Shown here one piece after another: positions 25,311 through 39,127 of a DNA stretch of 64,000 bases (the stretch's first letter is position 1; every line of letters starts with the position of its first letter). The stretch spans positions 5,208,001-5,272,000 of the forward strand of contig OX442314.1 of assembly GCA_949358305.1 (NCBI GenBank), written 5' to 3'. The DNA comes from Strigamia acuminata (Eukaryota). The notes under the pieces were generated by a model. It did no database searches, was not told the DNA's origin, and saw only the letters and a program-made list of their open reading frames with translations. A program made the translations under genes and the position numbers.

Positions 25311-25705
25311 TTTTCCTGAAAAAGAAAAAAAAAGAAAATAAAAAATAAATTTTTTGCGCTTCGACGGCATTCTGATTTCCAGGCGGTCGGAGGCGCGTCG
25401 GCGGCCGCCCGAAAATCTCAACTTTCCCGTCGAAATTTTTATCGTTGAAAACCTGTTGCTAGAATTGGTTTAATTGATGTTTTGAGTGGTTTTAGTCATT
25501 TTTGTCGGTTTTCCTGAAACAGAAAAATAAAAAAATAAAAATAATTTTTTTTTGCGTTTCGACGACATTCTGATTTCCAGGCCGTCGGAGGCGCGTCGGC
25601 GGCCGCCCGAAAATCTCAACTTTTCCGTCGAAAATTTTATCGTTGAAAACCTGTTGCTAGAATTGGTTTAATTGATGTTTTGAGTGGTTTCAGTCATTTT
25701 TGTCG
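25311..25705. repeat. Recent tandem duplication of a CpG-rich segment of about 198 bp
   Basis: ttttcctgaaa...ggaggcgcgtcggcggccgcccgaaaatctcaac...gtcatttttgtcg is present twice, nearly identical. Confidence 0.92.
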
Positions 25706-27104
25706 TTATTATTAAGTTTTAATTAAAATAAAACATTTTGGAATGTGACGACAAACTCATCGTCATGACAACGACACTTCGGAGAGCTAATTTTTGGCGG
25801 TCAGCCAGTTTTAATTAATTAAAAGAGCTTTGCTTTGCTTGCTCTCTTCAGTTTGTTATGTCAGGTGTCAAGAGACCATCGTCTCGAATTCCACTTGACT
25901 TTTGACGGACGGCGCCGAATGACGTCATTAGTCGCAATTTCCACACTCAAAAACGAGATACAAATGTCCGGAAATGCGCCGTGTGTTTGAGTGCGTTTCT
26001 CGAGTGGTTCCACGAACAACGAACCGCATTCCAATTGATTTCCGCTCGAGATTTGACCAAACCCAACTCGAGGACCCTCCGAAAACCACGTGACCAGCAT
26101 AATAAACACAAAAATACAAAAAAAACTGAAAAATTCATTTTTGTCTCTCTTGCCCCCCCAAAAAATATTTTTGCCCCCCCCAAATTTTTTTTTTGGCGCC
26201 ATTTTGTGGTCACACACGGCAGTCTTTATTGCCATCAGCTGGCGGTTGGGTGTCGCAGTCTTGGCGTCCGTCCAAGGCGTCTGTCGGATGAAAATGGAGT
26301 GTGCACATTCGGTCTGTCATTCTTAACCAATAAGCAACTTAGTTTTTAACCCCTTCATCCCATCTTGTTTCACTTGACCCTTTCGTGGCTGATATCTCTG
26401 GTTTGCTTTGTTGATTCGTTTCGTTCCACTCGACTCGCCGCATTTCGGTCCACGCATGCGCAGCGTGCATAAGCTGATTGCGCTTGAAGGGTTGAGCTTC
26501 ACTCTCGCCGCGAGTCTGGCGGGGCAGCCATCCATCCATCGTTCAGGCGGAGCTTTTGCTGCTGTGCGCTTCGTTCTACTTGCGATTGCAACTCGATCGC
26601 TTCGTGGCTTTGCTCGCCAATCGCATTTTGATTGTTTATTTACATCGGGTTTAGTGGTTGGTTTTAGGGTTAATTTTGTGTTTTTTGTTAATATTCGTGT
26701 TGGGGTGAATTTTTTTTTTATTTAAATGGATGTTTTTTTTTAAGGTGAATGGAATTTTTGAGCATGGTAATGATTTTTTTTTCTAAATTTTTAATTTTCT
26801 GATTTGAAGTTGGAATTTTTGGCGATAAACATGAATTTTTCTGACTAGGAATTGCATTTTTGACCGTGAAAATGCAATTTTATCGTATAAAATTGGAGTA
26901 TTTTACTTGTAAATTGCATTTTTGACCGTGAAAATGCAATTTTGTCGTCTAGAATTGCAGTATTTTTGCTGTAAATTGCATTTTTGATCATGAAACTGCA
27001 TTTATTGGATTTAAAATTGCTTAAAATTTGCATTTTTGAGTTCAAAATTAAATTTTTTTGTCTAAAATTGTAATTTTTATAATTGCAATTCCATCTATTT
27101 CCAT

Positions 27105-27335
27105 TTTTGATCTAAAATTCTATTTTGTGATCTAAACTTCAATTTTGTGATCTAAAATTTCACTAGTTTTTGGTCTAAAATTTTAGTTTTTGGTCTAAAA
27201 TTTCAGTTTTTGGTCTAAAATTTCAGTTTTTGGTCTAAAATTCCAGTTTTTGGTCTAAAATTTCAGTTTTTGGTCTAAAATTTCAGTTTTTGGTCTAAAA
27301 TTTCAGTTTTTGGTCTAAAATTTCAGTTTTTGCTT
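27105..27335. repeat. 20-bp minisatellite (tttttggtctaaaatttcag)
   Basis: Visible periodicity. Confidence 0.9.
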
Positions 27336-28014
27336 TAAAATCGCAATTTTTATTTCTAAATTTCTACTTATTAGTTTAAAATTTCAAGAATATCACTCAC
27401 GTGAACAAAACTGAATTATCATTCGTTAAAAATTGTATTTTCTAGTCAAAAAAGTAACATCTTAGCCTAAACACGTACATTTTCAGTCTACAATCTTCAA
27501 TTTACAACTCCCCCTATAACCTTCCCTCTCCTCACTAAAATAAAAAAATTAAAATCCCAAACAATTAAACTGCAACTCGAATCTCCATTCATTCCCCTTG
27601 GCCTCTGCCTCTGCCTCTGCTTCTCCCATCATCCCCAACCACTCGAAACTTCTCCATATACAATATTATGGAAATGCAGCAAGAAAACGCGCGGTCGTGC
27701 AGTGCACGCGCATCGCATCGCATCGCATGGAGAGGATTGCGGCCTTCTTGCTTCGGGGATGCTGGTGTAGATAAGAGACGTCGGGTCAAGATGGAGGGGT
27801 CGGGGCCGGGTGAACGACTTGTTCCAAGGCCCACAAAGAACCATTAAACGCAGTCGACAACACAATGAGGTGCGTTCGACTCGTGTCACCTCAAACATCA
27901 CTTTTATCATCATCCCCCCATGGCCTCGTACCGCCCCTCACCCCCAACTACAACCACCTTACACCCTCCTGTGATCGTTTTGATTCATTTTGTGAGGATA
28001 AATCGGAAAAACAC

Positions 28015-28625
28015 GAAGAAATCGAAAAATACGAAAAGAAACTCGAAAAACACTTGAAAACTACAGCAAAAATCTCGAAAAATAGAAATAAAACTTAAAA
28101 ATGTAAAAGAAAGTCGATAACATTTTTAAAAAACTCGAAAAAGTCGAATTAAAACTCGAAAAACTCGAAATAAAACTCGAAAACGAAATAAAACCTGAAA
28201 AATATCGCAAAATATTACAAAAAATCTCGAAAAACACAAAATAACTGAAAAAACACAAAAAACTGGAAAAACACAAAAATAAACATGAAAAATACAAAAA
28301 TAAACATGAAAAATACAAAAATAAACATAAAAAAACCAAAAAAAAATCGATAACATTTTAAAAAAACTCGAAAGACAAAACAAAATTGACAATTCAAAAA
28401 ACACAAAATCGTAAGAGCACAAGAAATAATTCAAAACACAAGAAATAATTCAAAACTCAAGAAAAAATTTAAAACACGAGAAAAAATTCAAAACTTATGA
28501 AAAACTCTAGTAACCCGAAAATCACAAGAAGAAACTCGAAAAACACAAGAAGAAACTCGAAAAACACAAGTAGAAACTCGCAAGCACAAGAAGAAAAACT
28601 CAAACTCAAGTAAAAACTCTCAAAA
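28015..28625. repeat. A-rich degenerate repeat (aaaactcgaaa / aaaacacaaga)
   Basis: Low-complexity recurring motif. Confidence 0.7.
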
Positions 28626-29739
28626 CAAAAAACCCACTAAAAACTTTAGCAGTTTCCAACTTTTTTTTTGTTTGCTGGGCTTAGGTTGCTTGGGCGTGTT
28701 CTGTGCCCACTTTGCTAGGATAATTTCCTCGGCAGATGAGTCGAAAGAAGTTTGTTTGAGACATCGGAAAATAAAAGGGGGAGAGGAAAAAAAAAAGTAA
28801 CAAATTAGTGAACGTTTCCGCGCCAGTGCGCAATCTGAAGGCGAACGCGCGCGTTTCGTCCGCTGTAATTGAGGGGCCTTCCACTCCCTGTTTTCCCGCC
28901 CTCTGACGGGGACGGGAGAAGGAGAAAATGCTATTGTACACTCGAAGCAAATGCCTCGTAACCAAACGCCCCTCTCCTCTTCTCTCTTTCGCTTGTGACT
29001 GCTTTGATTTTATAGTGAAGCGGCGAATAAAAAAGGAAAATGGCGGCTTGAGCTTTTTGTTGACTTTTCACTCAGTCTTAATGGCGCTGTTTGCTATTTC
29101 TGGAGGATAAATATGGTTAAGTAGGAAGAAGGAATGGAAAATTTATACAAAAATTGGTTCTTGTTTTTCTTTTATTTTTTCTTCAACTATTTCTTTTTAT
29201 TTTTTGTTATTTCTCTGGGGGGGGGGTGGGTGGGGGTTTTATGTTTATTTTATGGTAATGTTTTGATGTAGGATAATGAGTTTTTTTGGGTTTTTAAATT
29301 GTTTGATTGTTTTATTTTATTTTATTTTATTTTTTGATTGATTGTTTTTTTATATATATTTTTTAGTTTTGTTTGGTTAGGGGGAATTGGAAATTGAAAA
29401 TGAGATATACATACTTGTATCTTTGTTTTAAAGAGAGAAATTGAGGAATTCAATTTGATGATTTATTATGAGATTCTTAGGATTAAATTATTTTTTATTT
29501 TTGTTGCTTTTTGAGAATTATTTTTTATTTTTGTTGCTTTTTAAAAATTGTTTTTGATTATTTTTCATATTTTATATTTAATTTTGGTTATTTTGTCATT
29601 TTTAGCAATTACTTTTGATTATTTTGTCATTTTTAACAATTTTTTTATTTTCATATCTAACAATTATTTTTATTGTCATTTCTAACAATTATTTTTATTG
29701 TCAATTTTAACAATTAATTTTCATTTCTTGATTTTTTTA

Positions 29740-29901
29740 TAATTGTTATCGCGTTAATTTTTAATAATGGTTACCGTATTAATTTTTAATAATGGTTACC
29801 GCATTAATTTTAATAATTGTTACCGCATTAATTTTTAATAATTGTTACCGCATTAATTTTTAATAATTGATATCGCATTAATTTTTAATAATTGTTACCG
29901 T
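29740..29901. repeat. 25-bp minisatellite (aattgttaccgcattaatttttaat), about 6.5 copies
   Basis: Visible periodicity. Confidence 0.9.
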
Positions 29902-31596
29902 ATTGTTTTTTGTCACCTTTTAACAAGTATTTTTCATTTTTGTCGCGTTTTAACTATTGATTTCTTTTGATTTTTGAAATTTCTACAAAATTCACATAGA
30001 AATTTCACTATGTGAATTGGAAATGGAAAATTTCAATCTTTTGATCTTCGATTTATGTGATTTTTATATTTTTCCATTTTTTTTCTTTATTGATTTCTTT
30101 CACTTCAATTTTTTTTTCTTTTTTTGATTTTCTGATTTTTTTGATATTTCTTTTTATCTGTCAGCATTTGTGTCAGCATTCGAGATTAGCTCGAGTATAT
30201 GGGTAAATCGTCACGTGACAATAAAATGACGCTAATAGGAATGTCAAACACTCACCATTCCACCTCTTCGATTAACGACGTGCTAAAAATAAGACAAAAA
30301 AAATCATAAAACCCAAGAAAATTCCACTTTTTCCACCACCCATTACTCATCACCCTAATGAATTGAAGCTTAATTAACACCAATCAAATTAATCAAAAAA
30401 ATTTTAAAAAAATTATAAAAAAATTATAAAAATTTAAAAAAAAAATACAAAATTTGAAAAATTAAAAAAAATTCAATTAAAACAATTATCCAATCAATCA
30501 AAAAAAATTAAAACACCACTTTAATCCATTAAAAACCTAGAGAAAAAAAACATTTTTGCATTTCCAGTAGCACAGTCCATTCCCCGATATACAAACCTCA
30601 TTTTCTCCATGAGTTAGTGTCACTGTGTCTGCAATTCAAATGGCGTTTTCCTTTTTCCTTTTTTTTCCTTCTTTTTTTCTCCCATTCTTTCTCAACTCAA
30701 TTCCCCAAAATTTATGACAGTTTGAGTTTAGATGTGGACAAATATTTTTGTCAAATGTGTTTTTGTCTCGCTTTTAAGTGAGTGCAGCTCCAATATCTTT
30801 TATCTGACTACAATTTATCTTCTGCCAGAGATTCACACCAGAGGTTGTTTACAGGCTAGCGTTGCTGCAAAACGCACGCTCGTAAATTCACGCCCCGCCT
30901 TCACAAAACCCAACGCCGCCATTGCTCAAACTCAAACTCAAACAGGGTCAACGCCGTCACACGCGATTTGCTTCAATTTCACAAAATAATACCAAAATCC
31001 TCATCAAATTCAATTTCCCCCCACAAAAAATAAATTCCCCAAGCTGGACTACGTGATTTTCCACTCAAGGAACCTTGAATGCATATCCAATACAATGCAA
31101 CCCACATGGTTCAAAAATACATTGAAATTTACAGGAATTTATTGCAGTGTATTTTGAAATGTATTGGACTTTGATGCATTCTGCAGTGCCATTGGTTTGA
31201 AGATGATAACACACTTTGTGAAATGTTTTTTGAAATGCATTCCTAATATTATTATTTGTCAAATACGAATGTATTTTTAAAATGCATTTTTTTTTTCAAT
31301 TGTATTATGAAATGCATTATTTATTGTACAATTAACATACTTAAACCCTTGTTAGGCATTCTTAGGAATACGTGAGGCAGACTCAGCCTAAAAACGGCGG
31401 CGACGAAATAAATGGCGACGAAATGAATTGACTTCATATAAACTCTCATTGTTTACGGGTCCCCACTAGAGTGGATCTCTAATAAAGCACGGAAGAAATA
31501 CCTGTGTTGTCAATAGAGCATGGATGTTGTATTATGTTAGCCTATTAGTTAAATATTTTTTAAGTTTTTATTGCATATAGTTTGGTTTTGTATTAT

Positions 31597-32020
31597 CTCT
31601 GGTTCGACTCAAGAGGGTGTCCTTCTCCCATTGGCCGAGCCGCATTACTCCTACCACAAGTTTAATATTACTACCATTAGGAGAAGTAGTTTTTATTTTT
31701 ATTATCATTTGTGATTGCTATAACCATCTAGGTTAATATAATTTCGATTAATTGTATCCATAAATGTTACTTCCTTTGAAGAAATTAAGTTATATGAACA
31801 TATAAATCAAAAACTCATTTTTGTTCTGTTTATCGTTTTTTTGGTCTGGACCGAACACAATTTTTGAATTATTTATTGGATGCTTTTTCTGGAATAACGA
31901 TTACAAAATGTCTGCACATTGGAATTTCTGGTGTTTGGGTCTACATTTTTGGATCACTACATACACCAGTGATACGGCTCGGCCTATGGGAGAAGGGCCC
32001 CCTCTTGAGTCGAACCAGAG
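31597..32020. mobile_element. MITE (424 bp) with imperfect TIRs of about 50 bp
   Basis: ctctggttcgactcaagagggtgtccttctcccattggccgagccg is inverted relative to cggctcggcctatgggagaagggccccctcttgagtcgaaccagag; TA follows the right end; a related fragment lies near 36960-37000. Confidence 0.85.
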
Positions 32021-32359
32021 TATATGTATCTATTTTCTGTATTTGTTCTAACAACCAATGGGATTGCTGTATATTCCATTAGTCAATTTGAGGAGTGCCA
32101 TACTTACACTGAAACAGACTGTATTAAGTTTGTTTCTTAAAATGTGTTAGCACTTATGGATTGCTGTACTTTATATAGCTTAAGAGCGCCATCTATAGCT
32201 TATTTTTGTTGCTTTGTAATTTTGTCTCTCTACATTAAAGTGTATGTCGATGTTGGCCACGCAGATTTACATATCAAATAGTTCATAGTTTACTTATTTA
32301 ATGATTTTATGTTGACCCTGAACCACTATCCCATTCAATTGGATAACATATTAGCAGAT

Positions 32360-32505
32360 TAGTTCAATTTAGCGACGCCCATTTTAGCGACATAGCTGTA
32401 ATGTTCTTAGATGCGATGCGGTTAGGTTAGTTTAGGTTAGGCTAGGTTAGGTTAGGTTAGGTTGAAAAACGGCGTTGCTAAAATGGGCATTGCCAAAGTG
32501 AACTA
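32360..32505. mobile_element. Small inverted-repeat element enclosing a (TTAGG)n tract
   Basis: tagttcaatttagcgacgcccattttagcgac / gttgctaaaatgggcattgccaaagtgaacta are imperfect inverted repeats; about 8 TTAGG units at 32421-32463. Confidence 0.75.
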
Positions 32506-35397
32506 CATCAATATTACAGTATCTACGTTAGAAACCTACCAGTAAGCAAAAACTACACTTCCAAAGTTAGTTTCTACAATTTTACATCCGTAAATAAATT
32601 AATTATTGGTCTCGATAGGCAATCTTAGACGACAACACATTTCTGCTACAAAACCCCGTAATAAAAAAAAATAATAAAAATCACCACTAGGGGGCGGTTT
32701 TTTTTTATTATTTAAATAATTCTTTTTAAAAGTGTATGTGTGTATCCTACTGGATGCATCTTGGCCATTTTTTTTATTTCTCTTTTGGCACGCGCGAGAT
32801 AAAAAAGATTAACTCTGTTGCTATGGCGATGTCATAAGAAACTGTGCCTCGAGTGTTTAGCTGTCCCTCCCCCACATTTACAATTTTTTGTGTGTGTGTG
32901 TGTTGAAATATGCGTGTTGGTGGTGGATCCCACCGAGTTTAACGACCACCAGGTGGCGGAATGTCATTTAGAAACGAGGCTGAGTTTTGCACCGCTGGGA
33001 GATTTTTCAAATATACAAGAACACAGAAATTTTCCTTTTTGACGCCAAAAGTTTTTATTTTATTTTATTTTCTTGAATTTTAATATGTTTAAGGAAAAAA
33101 GGTAATAATGGCAATAAAACAATGTTAATGAATTAGTAAAATTTTAATAATTTAGCCATTGAGCAACAGCCGAGTCCCCCGCTTCGCTTAAAAAATGAAA
33201 TAGAACATTTAAAAGCCATAATTGGGGCGAATTTAAACTTGCAAGAGCGGCCCCTTGATTGTTTCTCTGCGGAGCGTGGCTGTAAAGCCGTGCAGCTTCT
33301 CGCGGCAGAGCTTTAAGGTTTGTTTATATTAGTTTGTTTAAGAATATATGCAGGTTAACCTTTAACCCCTGCCGGGTTTGACGGAAAAGTTTCAACTTTC
33401 GATGTCTTTTTTTTTTTTTTTAGTCATAATCGTTTTTTTTTCTTTCTAGATTTTGCAGCGCCACCTGGTTGTTTTGCATATTGAACTCATTGATTTAATT
33501 ATCACAGCAATTGCCGCTCATCCATTGCCGCGTTCACTAAATTTAGTCAGAACAGACTAAAAGGCATTAGCAAAAATAAACTGCTCTATTGGAATAGCGT
33601 AAAACTAAATTAATTGCCAGAAAACCAATTTGGTTGGAAAACAATTCAATTTGTTTGAGAATGAAAACATAACTTGTAATTGCAAATTCGTGTTAAAAAC
33701 ACGAGGATATAAAATCTAATTTTGAGTGATTGCATCACACGGAAACAAAGTGGAGGCAAATGTTATGTTCTGGTGAGACTATAATATACAATGACTATAC
33801 ATTCTATTCACCCCTTGTAAAATCTACCGATTTAATATTGTCAAAGTGTTAATTTTCATTTCTTATGTTAGTTTTAAAATTAGTCAAAGTTATTTGTTTT
33901 CTGAATTTATTGAATAATGATATGTTTTTACAGTGTTTTGAATTGATTTTAAGTGTTTTATCATTGAATATTATTGTTCTTATCGAGGGTTGTTACAAGA
34001 GTCCTCTGGTGTGTAAATTCAGTGACCGGTCCTTGCTGACCGGAAGTTGGCCCCGTTTTTTGGGTCCACCACCATCTTTTTTTATGTATGAATGTGTGTT
34101 ACCATGCGTTTCTTCGTACTAAAATTTCTACAATTAAATTAAGTTAATTTGACCATTTTTGTCTTCAATTGTTGCTCGCGCGTGTTGCAATCGCTACTGG
34201 GTTATTTTGTTAGTCGCAAAACCTCTAGCATTATTACTCATTATTATGAGTAATAATGCTGATGATGACCACCCACTGGACAACCCCTTTTTTCTTGCCC
34301 ACTTCCTGTCTTCTGTTAAAAAAAACAAGTCGCTTGACTATAAATGACCGCAAATATGAAACAATCCAAATTTAGCTATTTAAGCAATTATCCTCAAACG
34401 AATGGTGTAACAAAAAGCTTGAGTCACTCGTGGGATTTGCTTTAATCTTCGATATGGAATCAGTGAGTGGACAAGGGAATTACACTTAAATCCAATTGGG
34501 AATCGGAAATTAATACCACTAGCGATCAACTGGAAGGAAAAACTCAATCTGCGCATGCGTGCTTATTTTTTGCCAAAATCCGAAATGACTCGACATTTTT
34601 TTTCCAAATTTTCTTCATCTGAAATCCTCTCCAAAAAAAATGGAGTCCAAATTCGATCTTGATTTGATCTTCAAGTCAAGAATAAAATATCACTAACGAC
34701 TATCCCCAGAGAGGCGCTTTAATGCTATTAAATATTAAAGCCGGTATTAAAAATTTAAACGAATGTTTTCAGAGGAAGATTTTTATTTTCTGTTATTTTT
34801 TATTTTTTTGTCTATTTTATTTAAAGTTTCTGGGAGTTTTTTGGCAAATCGAATTTGCAAACATGATGCAGATGGATTACGCTGCAAAACGACATCAAAC
34901 TAAACAGGAAGTGAATGGAAATGAGGTTGAAACGCGCGTCAACTACCGGAACTCGACGCAGATTCAGCCGAGAGAGATTTGGGGGAATTAAGAAAACTTT
35001 TCTTCTTGGAAAAGGATGGGAGGGGTCTTGGGAACTTGGGTTTTAAGAGATCCTAATCACAGCTCGTAAAATGTCACCAGAAGAGTAAAAGGTTTTTTTT
35101 TTTCGGTGTGTGTATGGGGGGGGGGGGGGGTAATGGAATGGATGGGACATGGGGCTATGGGAGATGTGGATCAAATATTACTTTGACAATCTACTAATCA
35201 GATATGAATTGACGGGGCAAGTGAGGAAACTAAGATCAAAAGTGTTTGATGTTGTAGTTGCAGTTGCAATTCAATTTGATGTGTCATGAAATGCTTTTAT
35301 AACTTTTCTTTTACAATTGTTTCATTTTTTTAATTTTTTTTTGTGTAGCGGTGTTTAATTGATGAGTCCCACTGACAAGAATGGGGCTTCTTAATGA

Positions 35398-35552
35398 TTT
35401 GAGAAATTTGAGAAATTTTGGAGAAATTATGAGAAATTTTGGAGAAATTATGAGAAATTTTGGAGAAATTATGAGAAATTTTTTAAAATTTTGGAGAAAT
35501 TATGAGAAATTTTTTAAAATTTTGGACAAATTATGAGAAATTTGAGAAATTT
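35398..35552. repeat. About 21-bp minisatellite (gagaaattatgagaaattttg)
   Basis: Visible periodicity. Confidence 0.85.
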
Positions 35553-37247
35553 GCCAGAAATGTTGAAAATAAATATTTTAATTTTTATAAAGTGGCAAAG
35601 CAAAGCCAATTTTTTCAACATATATTTACAATATTTATCTAATATTTATCAAATTCTGAATGAAATTGCAAACAAAAGTTAGTTTTGGAATTTCCGGTAT
35701 CAAATTCATCGAATTTTGACTGAAAAATAAAAATATAAAGAAAAAGTACTTCTTACAAGTTTTAACAAAATTTTAATAAAATATAACAATTTTTGCAAAG
35801 TAAAATCGACTTTACTTAAACCTTAGGCAAAAATTTAATCAAAATTCGAGTGTAAATTGCAAAGAAAAGTTAATTTTTGCTAATTTTAAGCCGAAATTCA
35901 ATCAAAATTTGGGTAAAATTGAAAAAAAAAATTACTTTTATCAACTTTAAGCAGAAACTTTATCAAAGTTTGAGTGAAATTTCGTAAAAAAATTAACTTT
36001 CGCAACTTCAAGCAGAAAAATATCACAAATCTAAATATTTTACAAATCCCTCATTTTTAAAAAATATTTTTATTCCAAAAAAAAAAAAAAAAAATCACAC
36101 ATCAAAACTCTCCAAACTTACTTATTTCTGAAACAAACCAATTATGACAAACGTGCGAAAACTTGAATTATTAGAAAAGCAATCAATGCCGAAACGCCTC
36201 GCTGAGAAATATTCAATTTGTACGTAATAAATTAAAATGTTGCGACACAGTTGACCTGCACGCTGTTGTTTGACTCTTTTGCACAAAGAAATCGATTAGA
36301 ATTGCAAGTGTAAGGTGTTCAGTTGCACATTGAGCACTTGCGCATGCGCCGTTTGCTGCTGCCCGTTAATTTGTCTCGTTTATCAACGCGGCTATAAATC
36401 AAGCAGCGATCCACCGCTCACGCGTCGCCTGACGCCTCGACCGATACTTGACTTGCCCACGCTTTGGAATCCCCCAGTGGCCGACCGCAAAGTAACTGAT
36501 CGTGAGTGGGCTGTGATTACTTTGGGCCGGAAGTGGCCATTCATCATTCGCTGGATTAAGTTTCCCAGCGACCAGTGACTGAAAATTAATGAAACGCGTC
36601 AGGGCTAAAAACGAGCCAGTGCACATTTACTGCACTAATCTGCACATACACCATTAAACCCATGTTTATTTTATACAAAATTGCTTCTCGTCTATCGATT
36701 AATTAATTAGTTAAACATTGCCGACAAATCTGCACTCACGTTTAACCAAACAATTTTTATTCAATTTTTAAGTGTCTTTTTTTCTTGCAGGAAAAGAAAA
36801 GCCGAACTTCATAATACGGTTATATTTATGTCAAAATTTAGCCAAAACCATTGTTTTTTTTATTTTATATGTTCAATTGTCCTTGGAATTTTAGTTTGTT
36901 CCAAATTATTGCATTTTCCTCCATCTTTAGTTTAAAGCTATACTCTAACTCACTATAAGTTGGGCCTTTCTCCCATTGGGCGAGCCTCATTACGCCTAAC
37001 TGTAGACTGTGTACTGCAACCAGAATAAGTAGTTTTGTATTTTTTAAATTTTTTTTTGATTATTATAATGGTTAAAATGATTTAAATTTATTTGTTGGTC
37101 CTATAATAAGTCGCAGCAATGTGTCCCATATAAAACTTGAATTCATCGTAATGATTAAGGCTCGGATAAATGCACAAATGCATAGGAATTATTTTTATTC
37201 AATAAAAAGCCAAAATTGGCTATAAATGCATATTTTCGTAGATCAAA

Positions 37248-37366
37248 TCGCGGTAGCGGCTCTTATTCGAGGGCGGCTACAATTCGAGGGCGGCTACAAT
37301 TTGAGGGCGGCTATAATTCGAGGTCGGCTACAATTCGAGGGCAACTCTTAATCAATAAAATACGGT
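37248..37366. mobile_element. Tc2-like MITE right end with subterminal repeats of about 18 bp
   Basis: Five gcggctacaattcgagg-type repeats ending in aaaatacggt. Confidence 0.6.
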
Positions 37367-38992
37367 GCATACATCGGATCATTGTTCTAAATAAAATCAC
37401 ACTTGTATATTGTTCTCAATTGAATATGTCTTCTGTTTGAATTATTCTTTTTCCGCTGTTTCTTCGGAAACGAACGTTCCTTAGAACGAATTCCTCGACA
37501 ACCGAATAAAGGCAATAATCAAACCAAAGCAAGTGACTCTCAGTGTCTCTCCTGTATCATGAGGTGTTCACAGTGCCTTGTGGTCTTCCCTTGACCACTT
37601 GATTGCACGCACACTGGAGTGTTCGACTCCATTGGTCAGCTTGACCACTCGTTATTTTGTGACGCTACTTCGTGCAGCGCCACCTATTTTGTTTCTAATT
37701 AAAAACTCAGTTATGTTCATCCTTTGACCAACATGGTCGTTCTTTTGCCTACTCCATACACATCTATGTACATCAGCTCGAGAAACACAATACACACAAT
37801 TTTGACAACGGAGTTTCTACTCCTTGTTACGTATAGACTACCGCCACGGTCAGAGCGGGTCAAGTTTTGGCCCGCATAAAATGATTAATACCAAAATGCA
37901 GCAAACTAAGAAGCAAAAAACTTCTATTGAGCTAAACAGTTTCAACCGACTGTACATGGCCACTTTAGATATTAAATCTATTAGCTAAAGTGCTGGTACA
38001 ATTTCTCCAGTAATCCCCACCAGATGCTGCTGAAGATAACAAACTGAGCATGCTCAGTCAATCAGCAACTTGTAGGCTGCCTGGTGCTTGTAGATGACAT
38101 TATTCCACATACAATTGGGGTTGCCGCAAGCAGAACACTTTTTGCTGAAATGCAGTGAAGCTTAACTTAACCCTAAACAGGAAAATGCCAAGGGGCAGGA
38201 GCAATAAAATAAAACCAAAATGAAATTTACTTGTGTCAAATGCTGGTGGAGTTGTTGCTGCTATTTCTTTTCATGTTTAGAATAAATTCTTAATGTTTGC
38301 TGCCCCTTTTTTGTGATTATTTTTAATGATGTCGTGTTTACATCGCTGAATCGGCGCCAGACTAGAAGAAATTAGACAGGAAATGAGTTGCCAAGAATGT
38401 CTGTCTGTGTGCTTAAGTCCTTTTTGAAGTGTAGGGGTCGAGTTTTATATTTCACTCATTTGCAACTCAACACAATCCTGGCATTGAACAATTGAAAATC
38501 TCAGACATTTTAGCCTTATTGGCTGTTTTGCAGAAAAAGGAGGATGGGGAACTGCAGTGAGATTAGTTTTGAAATGACAGATAAGTTGGATGTTTAAGCC
38601 GGTAGTTTTTATTTTCATTTTTATTGGGATGTTGACTCGTAAGCACTAAAGTAGTTGTCTTTTGGGATGTGTATTTAATAGCAGAAATCTTCTAAGTGCA
38701 TACATGCAGTATATAAACATATACATTTTAAATAATTAAGTAGTGGATTATATTAACTGATTTTATGTTTTTCATTTCAGTCCATCCATTTGTGATCACA
38801 CCTCTAAGGAATTAATCTTGTATAATTTATTACCACATGTGTAGGAAAGATTTGAATACATTTTCCAGGGCATTTGATAGAGCACTGCATAGCATCTCAA
38901 CCACCAATAATGATTTGGACTTTTAGGTGAAATTTTTTTGTTTTCTAAATCTCGGCTAAAATCCCATGAATAGATATCTTTGGGGCTTGGAT

Positions 38993-39127
38993 GGTTGATT
39001 GATTAAGTGTTTGATTGTTTGATTGATTGATTGATTGATTGATTGACTGATTGATTGACTTACAGATTAATTGATTGCTGACTGACAGATTACTTGATTG
39101 ATTGATTGATTGATTGATTGACTGACT
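38993..39127. repeat. (GATT)n microsatellite
   Basis: Directly visible. Confidence 0.9.
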
